A DNA stretch of 64,000 bases from Bdellovibrionales bacterium (GCA_965199825.1 OZ241329.1:576001-640000), one strand, 5' to 3'. Shown: positions 48,717 to 60,003, counted from the first letter of the stretch. A program made the numbers and translations. Notes: generated from the sequence alone by a model not told the origin.

Positions 48717-48827
48717 GAGTGGCCCCCTTAATTGTTTGTGCAAATAAATAGTCCAATCTAAATAGAACCTCACTCGGCTTGGCCTCTATCCGCCAATACC
48801 AAAATTTTTAAAGGGGCCAGATACAAG

Positions 48828-49604
48828 ATGTCGCATAAAATTAAGTTGCGATTGAGCTACGACGGAGCCGACTTTGCCGGCTGGCAAAGACAAAAAACCG
48901 CCCGTCCCACCGTGCAAGGCGAGCTCGAAAAAGCGCTCTCAAAAATGTTTGATGAACCGATTGTTGTCACAGGTTCAAGTCGAACCGATTCAGGCGTACA
49001 CGCTCTCAATCAGGTGGCCCATTTTTATGTCAGCAAAGATCCATCCCGCTACCAAGTTGTGAGAGGAATCAATTCTCTCACACCTTCAGGTTTGGTGATT
49101 CGAGAGGCGTGGATTGCACCTGATGATTTTCATGCGATCACCTCTACCGTAAATAAAACTTATCGCTATTTTATTTGGAATCATCGCGAACGCAATCCAT
49201 TCAAACGAAATTACTTTACCCATATCGGCCGCGAGCTCAATGTGTCGCTGTTAAACCGGATCATACGCGAGGTGATCGGAGAATTTGATTTCAAGAGTTT
49301 TCAGACTCGGGGGTCCACTCCCAAAACCACAGTGCGAACAATTACCGAGGCCCTTTGGCAAAAAACAGGGCCCCATCAAATCGAGCTGGTGATGGAGGGG
49401 TCAGGTTTTTTAAAACAAATGGTCAGAAATATTGTGGGCACCACCCTCGATTTGTGTTTGCAAAATCAAGATCCACAAAAAATGCGCGAGATCCTATTTT
49501 CGCAGAAAAGGGCCTCCGCCTTGGGTACCGCCCCCGCCCATGGGCTTTATCTTTGGGCAATTCAATACCCCAAGAGTCTTGACAAGAAGTGCCTGAAACT
49601 CTAA
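48828..49604 (+). CDS. truA: tRNA pseudouridine(38-40) synthase
   Basis: YDGADFAGWQ, SRTDSGVHA, FLKQMVRNIVG, TAPAHGLYL. Confidence 0.96.
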   Translation: MSHKIKLRLSYDGADFAGWQRQKTARPTVQGELEKALSKMFDEPIVVTGSSRTDSGVHALNQVAHFYVSKDPSRYQVVRGINSLTPSGLVIREAWIAPDDFHAITSTVNKTYRYFIWNHRERNPFKRNYFTHIGRELNVSLLNRIIREVIGEFDFKSFQTRGSTPKTTVRTITEALWQKTGPHQIELVMEGSGFLKQMVRNIVGTTLDLCLQNQDPQKMREILFSQKRASALGTAPAHGLYLWAIQYPKSLDKKCLKL

Positions 49605-49607
49605 ACC
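49579..49607 (+). promoter_or_regulatory. sigma70 promoter of rplM-rpsI
   Basis: TTGACA-N17-TAAACC inside the truA 3' end. Confidence 0.6.
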
Positions 49608-49648
49608 CTATTGTTCTCTTATAGAATCACTCGAAAGGGTCAAAGCTC

Positions 49649-50092
49649 ATGAAAACGTGGAACGCAAAACCTGAAGAGGTTGAGCGCAAATGGTGGATCG
49701 TTGATGCCACCGATCAAACCTTAGGGCGTTTAGCCTCACAAATTGCCAGCACCATTCGCGGCAAAAACAAACCCACCTTTACTCCCCATGTGGATACAGG
49801 CGATTTTGTAGTTGTGATCAACTCTGAAAAGATCAAAGTTTCTCGCGAACTTGATGCGATGAAATACTATAGTCACTCGCGATTTTTTGGTGGAATAAAA
49901 ACTTGGTCTGCAAAAGAGCAGATGAACAAAGACGCCACCGAAATTTTACGAACAGCGGTCAAAGGAATGTTGCCAAAAACCAAATTGGGCCGATCATTGA
50001 TTGATCATTTAAAAGCCTATAAAGGTGGCGATCACCCCCACGATGCTCAACGACCACAACCTTTAAAAATCATTGATTTCAAACGGGATTAA
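49649..50092 (+). CDS. rplM: 50S ribosomal protein L13
   Basis: [32 protein letters not shown]. Confidence 0.98.
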   Translation: MKTWNAKPEEVERKWWIVDATDQTLGRLASQIASTIRGKNKPTFTPHVDTGDFVVVINSEKIKVSRELDAMKYYSHSRFFGGIKTWSAKEQMNKDATEILRTAVKGMLPKTKLGRSLIDHLKAYKGGDHPHDAQRPQPLKIIDFKRD

Positions 50093-50094
50093 GC

Positions 50095-50493
50095 ATGGCA
50101 CCTGAAAAAAAAGTAATTTACGCAACTGGCCGACGCAAAACTTCTAAAGCCCGTATTTTTTTACGACCAGGCTCTGGAAACATTGATATTAATGGCAAAC
50201 CTTCTGATAAATACTTGGGCACTAATTCTGCTCGAGCCTCGGTGGTGCAACCTTTAATTTTGACAGACACCCAAAAGCAATTTGATCTGATGATCACAGT
50301 TGCTGGTGGCGGAATCACGGGTCAAGCCGAAGCCATTCGTCATGGCGTTTCGCGCGCACTGTGCTCGGTTGACGAAGCATTTCGTGCCACACTTAAAAAA
50401 GCGGGATTTTTAACTCGCGATCCTCGTATGGTTGAGCGCAAAAAATACGGCAAACATAAAGCCCGTAAGTCGACTCAATTTTCTAAACGATAA
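50095..50493 (+). CDS. rpsI: 30S ribosomal protein S9
   Basis: [32 protein letters not shown]. Confidence 0.98.
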   Translation: MAPEKKVIYATGRRKTSKARIFLRPGSGNIDINGKPSDKYLGTNSARASVVQPLILTDTQKQFDLMITVAGGGITGQAEAIRHGVSRALCSVDEAFRATLKKAGFLTRDPRMVERKKYGKHKARKSTQFSKR

Positions 50494-51498
50494 TTATTCA
50501 TCTAAAATATAGTTGATGGGATCCACGGGAACTCCGTGGATTCGAACTTCGTAATGCACATGGGGTCCGGTCGAATGACCCGTCGATCCGATGGCTGCAA
50601 TCACGTCGCGCCGTTTTACTTTTTGACCAAGTTCTACAAATACTCGCGAGTTGTGTCCAAAACGGGTGACCACACCGTAGCCGTGATCGACCGAAACCAA
50701 TTTTCCATAGCCTTCTTCAAATCCGACATAAGACACCACGCCATCTGCAGGTGAATAGACAGGGGCACCGGGTGGGCCTGCGATATCGATTCCGGCATGC
50801 ATGATCGCTTTGCTGTTAAATGGATCAATGCGGTACCCAAATCGCGAGGTAAACCAACCTCTTGCCGGTCGGATGCTTGGGGTGGCGCTTAATAAACTTT
50901 GGCGTTCGGACAAGGTTTCATACAGTTGCAATATTCCTTGTTCTCGCAGGTGGGTTTCTTTGACCGCGCGATCGATTCGGATCGAGAGAGTCGCATAATC
51001 TTTTTTGCCTTCATTACTGAGCTCGCCTTTGAATTCATCGAGGGGTGGGCGTTGCATAAACATCGAATCTTTGTTTGTGATCTCTGATGCGGGACCTCGT
51101 TCGGCCATCGATTCAGCCGAACCCTCGATGGGCTGACCAGGCTTTGGTTGGGGGCCGATTGCGAGTTTGACCGAGCGGTCTTCATCATCCGTGTTGGTAA
51201 TCAACTTTAGTTTTTTTGAAAAATTTTGGACTCTTTCAAGTGAGTTTTCGAGCGAATTGATTTTGCCTTCGACCACCTGAAATTGCCGTTTTAAATTTAA
51301 ATTCTCGGCTCGAAGTCTTTTGTTTTCATTTGCTTGCAGTAATAGCCCAACATAATCAACGGTTGCGACACCCAGTAAGATTGTTACCAAGATCAACATC
51401 AATATCGAAAGCTTAAGTAATGGAGCCGAGATGCTCAGTCGCTTCGTTTCGCCGCGGCGATTGCTTGTAATTAAAACGGTGTAGGTCTTTTGATCCAA
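50494..51498 (-). CDS. M23 family peptidase with TM and coiled coil
   Basis: HAGID and STGPHVHYEV zinc motifs. Confidence 0.93.
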   Translation of the reverse strand: MDQKTYTVLITSNRRGETKRLSISAPLLKLSILMLILVTILLGVATVDYVGLLLQANENKRLRAENLNLKRQFQVVEGKINSLENSLERVQNFSKKLKLITNTDDEDRSVKLAIGPQPKPGQPIEGSAESMAERGPASEITNKDSMFMQRPPLDEFKGELSNEGKKDYATLSIRIDRAVKETHLREQGILQLYETLSERQSLLSATPSIRPARGWFTSRFGYRIDPFNSKAIMHAGIDIAGPPGAPVYSPADGVVSYVGFEEGYGKLVSVDHGYGVVTRFGHNSRVFVELGQKVKRRDVIAAIGSTGHSTGPHVHYEVRIHGVPVDPINYILDE

Positions 51499-51514
51499 CT
51501 TTTTTTAATCCTCG

Positions 51515-52249
51515 TTAAAACTTTGGTCTGACCACAATAACAGAGACGTTGTCATCGCCACCCGCCTTTTTTGCGGCCTCGATGCAATTATGAACAATTT
51601 TTTCAGGGGTCGAGCGGATACAGATTTCGGCAATCACCGAATTTTGGCAAAGGCCGGAGAGCCCATCCGAACAGAGTAAAAAGCAATCATCGGGCTGAAC
51701 TTCGCGCTCGATCACATCGACATTGACGTCGCGCTCAAATCCCACGCTGCGAGTGATCACATTGCGGCCTTGCATATACTGAGCTTCATCTTCGTGAATC
51801 ACGCCGGCACGAACTTGTTCGTTGATGAGAGAATGATCTTCGGTCAATTGCCACAGGTAGGGCGAGCGAAAAAGATAAGCTCTCGAGTCCCCCACATTGG
51901 CCACATACATTTTTTTACCAAAGGCCATCATACCGATCATAGTTGTGCCCATTCCCATGAGCTCTGGACTTTCATGAGTACTTTTATGATGAATGCGGGC
52001 CGAAGCTTCGCGGTAGGCAAAACTCAAAAGCTCTTTGGGCAAAATCTTTTTATTGGGCTGGCTCATTTCATTGCGAATCACTTCGCTCACTGTTTCGATC
52101 GCCAAAGCTGAGGCGACCTCGCCACCGCGGTGTCCACCCATCCCGTCGGCCACAATAAATAGACCAAGGTCATGGTCGACCAGAATACTGTCCTGATTGA
52201 TTTCTCGGCGTAAGCCCACGTCTGTGTCCGACCATGTTTCAAATTTCAT
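51515..52249 (-). CDS. PP2C Ser/Thr phosphatase (Stp1-like)
   Basis: NQD, VADGMGGH, MGTT, NVGDSR, CSDGL, GGDDN. Confidence 0.95.
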   Translation of the reverse strand: MKFETWSDTDVGLRREINQDSILVDHDLGLFIVADGMGGHRGGEVASALAIETVSEVIRNEMSQPNKKILPKELLSFAYREASARIHHKSTHESPELMGMGTTMIGMMAFGKKMYVANVGDSRAYLFRSPYLWQLTEDHSLINEQVRAGVIHEDEAQYMQGRNVITRSVGFERDVNVDVIEREVQPDDCFLLCSDGLSGLCQNSVIAEICIRSTPEKIVHNCIEAAKKAGGDDNVSVIVVRPKF

Positions 52250-52298
52250 TCTTCACAGTTTATGCATCAGAGGCTGTCGAACCCAAGCCAAATTTATC

Positions 52299-52326
52299 TA
52301 AAACGCCGGGCTCTTTCAGCCGATGA
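52299..52326 (+). promoter_or_regulatory. sigma28-like promoter
   Basis: TAAA-N16-GCCGATGA, 12 nt before ATG 52339. Confidence 0.5.
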
Positions 52327-52338
52327 GAGCATTAAGTT

Positions 52339-53229
52339 ATGACGCTCTTACAAAAAATAAAAAATCGCTCACAGACCTACCTGATTGCATCGGCAATTTT
52401 ACATTTATTTTTTGTGGTGGCGATCAACTTGCCCGACCCTCAACCTCCAGTGGAGCAAGCGGTTGAGGTCAACTTTGAATCAGAACCTGTAAGCCAACCG
52501 GTAAAGAGCAAGACAAAGGCCCAGCCTCCGGCAATTAAAAATCAGGTGGTTGAGCAAATGGAAAAACAACTCAATGACGAAATTCCTGAAGAAACGCGAT
52601 TTTTGAGTCGCCACAATCAGGTTGTTAAAAAACAAACGCGCGCCCGTGAAACCGGAGCCTTTACCAATACCGCCGAAAATGCTCAGGCCGTTGCGGGAAG
52701 TTTATCAGGCCAAAAAGAAAAATCAAAAACGGTAGACCAAACTCACGGCGATCTTCCCCGGCTGGCCGATCTCAAACCTCAATTTAGTCAAACCCCACAA
52801 GCTTTTAACGACAGTGTTAAAAATCCAGGCAAGCCCTCGCAGACTGATGACTACATCAAAGATGTAAACATCGGAATTCAAACTCTCTTGAGTGCAAGAG
52901 AGTTTGTTTACTATTCGTATTATCAGCGCATCAAAGAACAGTTGCGGCAGCATTGGGAACCTACCGTGCGCGAAAAAGTTAAGATTATGGTTCGTAAAGG
53001 AAGAGCTCTTGCCTCCTCCAACGATCGCATGACTCAAGTCATGATTATTTTGAATTCCAATGGCGATCTTGAAAGAGTCGATGTACTGGGTCAAAGTGGA
53101 GTGCAGGATTTAGACGATGCAGCCGTTGAGGCTTTTCGCAAGTCGGCACCTTTTCCACATCCGCCCAAAGGGATTGTCGAGAGCGATGGTCGCATTCGGA
53201 TTCGTTGGGATTTTATTCTGGAGGCATAA
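52339..53229 (+). CDS. TonB/TolA-family energy transducer
   Basis: TM with SxxxH (SAILH); C-terminal SGVQDLDDAAVEAFRKSAPFPHPP. Confidence 0.88.
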   Translation: MTLLQKIKNRSQTYLIASAILHLFFVVAINLPDPQPPVEQAVEVNFESEPVSQPVKSKTKAQPPAIKNQVVEQMEKQLNDEIPEETRFLSRHNQVVKKQTRARETGAFTNTAENAQAVAGSLSGQKEKSKTVDQTHGDLPRLADLKPQFSQTPQAFNDSVKNPGKPSQTDDYIKDVNIGIQTLLSAREFVYYSYYQRIKEQLRQHWEPTVREKVKIMVRKGRALASSNDRMTQVMIILNSNGDLERVDVLGQSGVQDLDDAAVEAFRKSAPFPHPPKGIVESDGRIRIRWDFILEA

Positions 53230-53231
53230 CT

Positions 53232-53744
53232 GTGAACATCATATTGATTGCGGGCCACGCCGATACCTTAGAAAAAGCACTCGAATTTGATGAAGGCCTT
53301 TGCCGCCTCGACATGCAGATCAAAATTTTAGAAGCGATGAAGTATGAAATCATTGTTGTCACAAGCGGATTTGGCAGCGAACAACTTCTTAGAAAATCGG
53401 TTTACCTTGAGCGTTGTGAATTGGTGTTTGACACTCATGACGCAGAGGCAACATTGATCACCAATATTCGGGCGGGCCTTGCCGCCTCACCCGAGGCTTG
53501 TTTCGTACTTCCAGCCTCAAAAGAATTGCCTGAGCAAAAAATATTTCAAGACCTGATCAATGCCTACTACCAAGCGGGCCTTCGCACCGAGACCCATGGA
53601 TTTTGGGAAGGCGATTTCCCAGTCTTGGTCACCCGCACCGGTAATGAATTTATCCGGTCGCATCTAGAACTAAAGACCATTGAAGAGTTAACACTTGTTC
53701 AAGTTGAAGACGGCAAACTTGCCACTCGAGTGAAGTCTCTGTAA
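53232..53744 (+). CDS. Hypothetical protein, distant MobA/NTP-transferase-like
   Basis: Starts IILIAG, has NIRAGL; GTG start after GGAGG. Confidence 0.55.
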   Translation: MNIILIAGHADTLEKALEFDEGLCRLDMQIKILEAMKYEIIVVTSGFGSEQLLRKSVYLERCELVFDTHDAEATLITNIRAGLAASPEACFVLPASKELPEQKIFQDLINAYYQAGLRTETHGFWEGDFPVLVTRTGNEFIRSHLELKTIEELTLVQVEDGKLATRVKSL

Positions 53745-53756
53745 ACTCCAAGCCCT

Positions 53757-56453
53757 ATGAAAAATTTAAATACTCAAGTTTTGGATGCGATTGCTCGTCG
53801 AGCTCACTACCTAGCGAATCTGATGATTTATCGTGCAAACGATCGTCTCAATGTTGAAAAGGGCGACCCCAAAATTGGTGGCCATTCTTCAGCAAGTTCA
53901 TCGGCACTTCATATTTTAGGCGCTCTTCATCTTTATGTAAAATCAGGCTTTGATTTTATTGCCAACAAACCGCACGCCTCGCCTGCCGATCATGCTTTTA
54001 ATTATCTTCTCGATTTATTTTTGAATGCCGATCTTTCCAAGATGTCCCTTGAGGATTGCAACACCGCTATGGATCACTTGCGGGCATTTCCAGATAAGGG
54101 CCAACCCGTTTTACAAAGCTATCACTCTGTTTATGATCCTGATCATCACGGATTTCTACCAACCGGCACGGTGGGAATTCCGCCAGCTAACGTCGGTTAT
54201 TTAGCCCAAGCCTACACCTTTGCAAAACAACATGGATACAAAGTTCCTAACGCTCACTTTTGGGCTATTATCGGCGATTCTGAATTTCGCGAAGGCTCAT
54301 TGTTTGAAGCGGTTCCTGATTTGGCTGAGCGCGAAGTTGGAAATCTCACTTGGATTGTGGATTACAATCGCCAATCGCTCGACGGTCACCGCATCACCAA
54401 TTTAAAAGTGATGGATGGTACCGATGATGTGCGCATTGCGCGAACGATGGAAGCCAATGGTTGGCAAGTCATTCAAGTTCGCCATGGACAAAAACGCCAA
54501 CGTCTTTTTAAACGAGCGGGCGGTTATCTATTTCAAAACTTATTCGAAAAAGATCTTACCGATTATGAGCTGCAAGTTTTGTTGCAACTTAAAGATGGCA
54601 AAACCATTCGCACCGAAATGCTCAAGCATCAAAAAAAATTAGAATCTTTTTTAAGCGAAATTTCAGACGAAGAGTTAATTGGAGCCCTTCGCGATTTTGG
54701 TGGTCATGATTTCCACTCACTGATCGAAGCGATGAATTTGAGCCGCGACACCAAGGGCCGACCCTCAATCATTATTGCCCACACCCTAAAAGGTTGGGGG
54801 CTGAAGATGGCTGCCACACCGGGCAATCACTCTTCTCTGCCCGAAGAAGACGAACTCACTTTTTTGCGAAAATCAGTGCAATTGTCTGAGGGTGAATTGT
54901 TCCAAAGATTTACCGAGAGTTCGAATGAAGGAAAATTTTTAAAAGAGCGCGGCGAATTTCTTTATAAACAAATTTTGGAACAAGAAGAATTACGCAAAGA
55001 AAATACCGCAAGTTTTGAAAAGCTGCAAAAATCCTTGGGCGAATTTCCTGAAAGCTTAGATATTAATCTTAAAATGGCAAGCTACCCTCACACCCAGTGG
55101 ATGCTTGGTCAGTTGACCGCAAAACTCACCCGCATTTCAAATGCGGCAACAGATTCTTTAAAGCCAACCGAAAAACCATTTCAACTTGCAGGCCAAATGT
55201 TGGTGTCGATGGCGCCCGATGTGGGCACCAGCACAAACTTAAATCCGGCAATGGATGGAAAAATCTTTGGTGCTGAAGTTACCGAAGATATCGAGGCCGA
55301 ATTTGGTGTTAAAGATAAAAAAACTCCCGATCTTGTTCCAGGCCAAGAAAAAAATGATCGCTTTTTAAGATTCGATATTGCCGAAGCGAATGTGATGTCG
55401 TGTCTTGGTTCTTACGGTCGCATGCGCGATGTGCTCGGCATTCCGTTAATGCCGCTGATGACTGTTTATGATTTTTTTGTGAAACGTGCACACGATCAAT
55501 TTTTTTATGATCTCTACTGGAAATCCTCATTTATTTTGGTTGGCACTCCATCGGGTGTGACGCTCTCACCTGAAGGTGCTCAACATGGTTGGAAATCTGA
55601 TTTTCAAATTCCAAATCAAGTCACTTGGGAGCCAATGTACTGCCAAGAGCTGGATTGGATCATGTGTGATGCTCTCAAACGTCATTTGCTCAATGATAAC
55701 GAAGGCCGTAATGGCGTTTTTATCCGCGGGGTCACTCGTGGGATTGATCAAAAAACATTGCTCCAAAATTTAAAAACCCAATTGCGATTTAAACAAGATT
55801 CATCTCAAGCACTGTCACACAAAAACTTTTTACTCGAAAATGGAGTTAATGAAGCGGATGTTACGACAGTGGCAGATGAGGAAATTTTTAAAACGTTGCG
55901 CCAAGATGTTTTAAACGGTGGATATGCATTGATCGATTACCGTGGCTATCAAGGCTATGAGCCTGGCGATAATGCGGTCCATATTTTTGCGATGGGCGCT
56001 TTGGGAACCGAGGCCATCAAAGCCTCGCATAGCCTTCTAGAAAAAGGGATCTACGCCAATGTGTTTATGGTCTCAAGCCCCGATCTTTTGATTGGCAATC
56101 TGGCTCATGAAAATAATTATGAACATCTCCGCAAAGGCCTGGGCATTGATTCCACTCTTTATTTTCATCAGGTCAATGAGTCGGGTGAATTTAAAACTTT
56201 GGCGGGAAAGCGAATCCCGATTGTCAGTGTTCATGATGGCGAAGCGGGTTTGCTCGACAATATTGGCTCGATCATCGGTGTGCCCCAAAACGCGTTGAGT
56301 GTTCGTAAACACTCGCGCTGTGGTCGTCCCCCAGATGTTTACAAGTACCATCATATTGACAGTGAAAGTGTGGCGGCTGCGGCACTTGAAGCCCTTGAGC
56401 AAACGGCTTCTGAGGAAGTTCAAGTGAGCCGCAAGGTTTTGGGCCAATTGTAA
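53757..56453 (+). CDS. aceE: Pyruvate dehydrogenase E1, homodimeric AceE/transketolase type
   Basis: GGHSS, LQSY, TPP motif GDSEFREG...DYNRQSLDG, SGVTLSPEGAQH. Confidence 0.85.
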   Translation: MKNLNTQVLDAIARRAHYLANLMIYRANDRLNVEKGDPKIGGHSSASSSALHILGALHLYVKSGFDFIANKPHASPADHAFNYLLDLFLNADLSKMSLEDCNTAMDHLRAFPDKGQPVLQSYHSVYDPDHHGFLPTGTVGIPPANVGYLAQAYTFAKQHGYKVPNAHFWAIIGDSEFREGSLFEAVPDLAEREVGNLTWIVDYNRQSLDGHRITNLKVMDGTDDVRIARTMEANGWQVIQVRHGQKRQRLFKRAGGYLFQNLFEKDLTDYELQVLLQLKDGKTIRTEMLKHQKKLESFLSEISDEELIGALRDFGGHDFHSLIEAMNLSRDTKGRPSIIIAHTLKGWGLKMAATPGNHSSLPEEDELTFLRKSVQLSEGELFQRFTESSNEGKFLKERGEFLYKQILEQEELRKENTASFEKLQKSLGEFPESLDINLKMASYPHTQWMLGQLTAKLTRISNAATDSLKPTEKPFQLAGQMLVSMAPDVGTSTNLNPAMDGKIFGAEVTEDIEAEFGVKDKKTPDLVPGQEKNDRFLRFDIAEANVMSCLGSYGRMRDVLGIPLMPLMTVYDFFVKRAHDQFFYDLYWKSSFILVGTPSGVTLSPEGAQHGWKSDFQIPNQVTWEPMYCQELDWIMCDALKRHLLNDNEGRNGVFIRGVTRGIDQKTLLQNLKTQLRFKQDSSQALSHKNFLLENGVNEADVTTVADEEIFKTLRQDVLNGGYALIDYRGYQGYEPGDNAVHIFAMGALGTEAIKASHSLLEKGIYANVFMVSSPDLLIGNLAHENNYEHLRKGLGIDSTLYFHQVNESGEFKTLAGKRIPIVSVHDGEAGLLDNIGSIIGVPQNALSVRKHSRCGRPPDVYKYHHIDSESVAAAALEALEQTASEEVQVSRKVLGQL

Positions 56454-56460
56454 ACGAGGA

Positions 56461-56491
56461 GTGGCAGTAAATTAAATATATTTACTGCTAC
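56461..56491. terminator. Hairpin between convergent genes
   Basis: GTGGCAGTAAAT-loop-ATTTACTGCTAC. Confidence 0.6.
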
Positions 56492-56500
56492 GTGGCAAGC

Positions 56501-56890
56501 TTATCTCCAACCAATTACTTGATATCCCCGCTCGGCTAAACAGTGATTCACAAAATTATGCTTCACTTGATCAGGCGTAAGGGCTGCAGAGGCTCCGCCC
56601 GCTGCACCACCAACTGTTCCACCCATAAGAGCACCTTGGCCTATGCCACCCCCAAAAATGCCCAATGCTCCACCGATTGCTGCTCCCACCAACGCGCCTC
56701 CGCCAGCTCCACGAGCTAACTGTCGACCTTGGTCGCTATCAAGAAATTTGTCGGCTTCGGCGATGCACTCATCAACATCTTTTTGGGCTTGTTCTTTGCC
56801 GACCGATTTATAATGTTGGTTAGGATAGACCTTAGGTTTGCTTGCGCAGGCGCCGAGCGCCAAAAATAAAAACATAAATTTGAACTTCAT
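56501..56890 (-). CDS. Glycine-zipper lipoprotein
   Basis: Lipobox LGAC, GAGGGALVGAAIGG, CLAERGY. Confidence 0.85.
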   Translation of the reverse strand: MKFKFMFLFLALGACASKPKVYPNQHYKSVGKEQAQKDVDECIAEADKFLDSDQGRQLARGAGGGALVGAAIGGALGIFGGGIGQGALMGGTVGGAAGGASAALTPDQVKHNFVNHCLAERGYQVIGWR

Positions 56891-56933
56891 TTAGATATTG
56901 CAAAAGCATGAGGGTTTGAAGTCAATTGTTTCC

Positions 56934-57647
56934 ATGCACCAACATTTAACTCCTCGACCACTTCACAAATCCACCATCATTTTTGTTCACCATTTTGGTG
57001 GCAACTCCAAGACCACTCGCCGTCACCAAAAATTTGTGTCGGACCTTGGTTTTAATTCGGTGAGTTTTGATTTGAGTTTTCAAAAATTAACACAAATCCG
57101 AAAGATCCCATTCACCACTAAAAACAAAATTGGTTTTCTTGAGGTTTGGAGCGAAGAAGTCGAAAAAGTGTTAACTCAAGTGCCGGGTAAAAAAATTGTT
57201 TACAGTTTGTCGATGCCATCAGCCGCCGCAGTTGCGGCGATCTCGGCACGCCATGCTCAAGACATTGAGGCCTGGATTTGTGATGGCGGTCCCTTTGTCG
57301 AAACCCTACAGAGCATGTGGAATTATTTAACTATTGAGTCAAAAATCAAAAGCACTCTGCTTAAAATACCTTTGACCGCAATGTTCTACACACTATTTAA
57401 AGGCCCCCAATATGCACAAACGATCTTGAGCAGTATCAAAAACCTTCCGGCCCATTTTCCGGTGCTCTCGATTCGTTATTGGCAGGATCAATTGGTTACG
57501 GTGTCGGCCATCGAAAAATGTTTTGAAGGAAGCGATCAGATCGATCTTGAGGTTTTGTCTTTACCCGAGGGCGCACATCTACAAGGAATTCAGTTTGATG
57601 AGTATAAAAGGCGTGTGGCTGAATTTTTAGATAGGAGTTCATCTTGA
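56934..57647 (+). CDS. Alpha/beta-hydrolase-fold protein
   Basis: FVHHFGG, YSLSM, ICDGGP, D..V and GAHL. Confidence 0.7.
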   Translation: MHQHLTPRPLHKSTIIFVHHFGGNSKTTRRHQKFVSDLGFNSVSFDLSFQKLTQIRKIPFTTKNKIGFLEVWSEEVEKVLTQVPGKKIVYSLSMPSAAAVAAISARHAQDIEAWICDGGPFVETLQSMWNYLTIESKIKSTLLKIPLTAMFYTLFKGPQYAQTILSSIKNLPAHFPVLSIRYWQDQLVTVSAIEKCFEGSDQIDLEVLSLPEGAHLQGIQFDEYKRRVAEFLDRSSS

Positions 57648-58309
57648 ATCCTCTTTTAATTTTTGATTTCGACGGCACACTTGTCGACACCGCACCAGAT
57701 ATCGTCACCGCAACCGATGAGTTCTTTAAACAAATGGGGTTTGCTCCACTTTCGCCAGCAGAAGTGAAAGAAAATATTGGTCAGGGACTAACCGAACTTT
57801 TGATGCGCATCTTGCCCGAAACCAAAACCAATCATGCCCATCGCGAAGAGCTCATTGGGAGATTTCTTGCAATCTACAAAGACCACTACCTTCGTACACC
57901 AAAGCTTTACCCTGGAGTTGAAGAAATTCTTCATGAATGGCCTCATCAAAAGGCAATTTTGAGCAATAAAGGGGTTTACTTTATCAAAGGAATTTTGGAG
58001 CACCTCAAACTTGCGAGTTATCCATGGGTCTCTGTGATAGGTGGAAACACTTTTAAAACCAAAAAGCCCGAACCCGAAGGGCTCAATCATATTTTAAAAA
58101 CGGGAAACGTAAAAATTGAGGATGCGGTGATGATTGGTGACGGAAATCCCGATGCCCAGCTTGCCCACAATACCGGAATTTTTTGTGTGGCTCTTGATTT
58201 TGGGTACGGCGAAATTGATGAGCTGATGCGGCTTGGCGCCTCGGTCAGAATTAGCCACTATAATGAATTAAAAGAGGTCTTAAAACGCTTTGAGCGGAGT
58301 TCTTCATGA
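57644..58309 (+). CDS. HAD hydrolase (phosphoglycolate phosphatase-like)
   Basis: [22 protein letters not shown]. Confidence 0.9.
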   Translation: MNPLLIFDFDGTLVDTAPDIVTATDEFFKQMGFAPLSPAEVKENIGQGLTELLMRILPETKTNHAHREELIGRFLAIYKDHYLRTPKLYPGVEEILHEWPHQKAILSNKGVYFIKGILEHLKLASYPWVSVIGGNTFKTKKPEPEGLNHILKTGNVKIEDAVMIGDGNPDAQLAHNTGIFCVALDFGYGEIDELMRLGASVRISHYNELKEVLKRFERSSS

Positions 58310-60003
58310 ATGACAATTTAATTGAAGTTAAAAATTTATCGATCTCTTTTAAAACCGAAGAAGGCACCGTCTCTGCGGTAAAAAATATTAGCTTCAGTAT
58401 CGAAAAAGGCAAAACACTGGGCCTCGTGGGCGAAAGTGGTTCGGGCAAAAGTGTAACCTCATTGGCAATCATGCGACTGATCCCTGAGCCTCCTGGAAAA
58501 ATTGAGGGAGAGATTTTAATTGATGGCAAAAATCTTTTAAAGTTTAGCGATTATGATATGCGCGAGGTGCGGGGCAATCGCATTTCGATGATTTTTCAAG
58601 AACCGATGACCTCGCTCAATCCGGTGTTCACCATTGGTGATCAAATTTGCGAGACGATTTTGCTACACCAAAATTTAAGTCGCAAACAAGCCCTTGAAAA
58701 AGCCAAAGACCTTTTAAAACAAGTTGGAATTCCAAGTCCCGATGAGCGGGTCAATGCTTATCCCCATCAACTGAGCGGCGGTCAACGTCAACGGGTGATG
58801 ATCGCAATGGCGATTGCTTGCGAACCCGATTTGCTCATCGCCGATGAGCCCACCACAGCTCTTGACGTCACCATCCAAAAACAAATCTTAGAACTCTTAA
58901 GCCAACTCCAAAAAAAATATCATATGAGTATTTTGTTTATCACCCATGATCTTGGGGTGATTGCCGATATTGCCGATCAGGTCATGGTGATGTATCGCGG
59001 TGAAATTGTTGAGAGCAATACAGCCAAAGAAATTTTTCTTGCGCCAAAACATCCCTACACTAAAGGTCTTTTGGCCTGCCGGCCATCATTGGAACACAAC
59101 CCAAAGCGGCTGCCGATGGTTTCTGATTTTATGAGTGAAGATGGATCAGAAAAAAAAATCAGCACCGATGGCGAAAAGCGCCAAAAGATTCAGCGTCTGA
59201 ATTCGGAGGTGGTGCTAGAGATCAATAATTTAAAAAAATATTTTCCGATCCAAAAAAACTTTTTTGGCACAACCCAAAGTTGGATGAAGGCGGTCGACGA
59301 TGTCTCGCTCAAAGCCTACAAAGGTCGAACCCTTGGTTTGGTTGGTGAATCGGGCTGCGGCAAAACTACACTTGGCCGAACGATCCTAAGACTTGTTGAA
59401 CCAACCTCGGGTCATATCAAATATGCAGGCACCGACATTACCCAGCTCAACCGCAGTGAGATGCGAAAAATTCGACGACGCATGCAAATTGTTTTTCAAG
59501 ACCCTTATGCTTCGCTCAATCCACGAATGACAATCGGTTCCGCACTGATTGAGCCCATGGCGATTCATAATTTGGGTGCAAACAAATCAGCACGAAAAGA
59601 AATGGCCGAGAATCTGATGAAACGCGTGGGGCTAAACCCTTCGATGCTCAATCGCTATCCTCATGAATTTTCGGGCGGCCAAAGGCAGCGAGTCTGTATC
59701 GCACGCGCCTTAGCGGTTGAGCCTGAATTTATTATTTGTGATGAGTCAGTGTCGGCACTTGATGTTTCGATCCAAGCCCAAATTTTAAATCTACTTCTCG
59801 ATCTGCAAGACGAATTTGGACTCACCTATATTTTTATTTCGCATGATTTGGCGGTGGTCAAATTTATCGCTGACGAAGTCGCAGTGATGTACAACGGGAA
59901 GATTGTTGAGCAGTCGGATGCGGTTGGAATTTATGAAAATCCACAACACGAGTACACCAAAAAATTATTGAGCGCGATTCCGAAAGGTTTAGTCGAGCGC
60001 TAA
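58306..60003 (+). CDS. Peptide ABC transporter ATP-binding protein (fused double ATPase)
   Basis: Two Walker A motifs ([16 protein letters not shown]) and two signature motifs (SGGQRQR). Confidence 0.95.
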   Translation: MNDNLIEVKNLSISFKTEEGTVSAVKNISFSIEKGKTLGLVGESGSGKSVTSLAIMRLIPEPPGKIEGEILIDGKNLLKFSDYDMREVRGNRISMIFQEPMTSLNPVFTIGDQICETILLHQNLSRKQALEKAKDLLKQVGIPSPDERVNAYPHQLSGGQRQRVMIAMAIACEPDLLIADEPTTALDVTIQKQILELLSQLQKKYHMSILFITHDLGVIADIADQVMVMYRGEIVESNTAKEIFLAPKHPYTKGLLACRPSLEHNPKRLPMVSDFMSEDGSEKKISTDGEKRQKIQRLNSEVVLEINNLKKYFPIQKNFFGTTQSWMKAVDDVSLKAYKGRTLGLVGESGCGKTTLGRTILRLVEPTSGHIKYAGTDITQLNRSEMRKIRRRMQIVFQDPYASLNPRMTIGSALIEPMAIHNLGANKSARKEMAENLMKRVGLNPSMLNRYPHEFSGGQRQRVCIARALAVEPEFIICDESVSALDVSIQAQILNLLLDLQDEFGLTYIFISHDLAVVKFIADEVAVMYNGKIVEQSDAVGIYENPQHEYTKKLLSAIPKGLVER

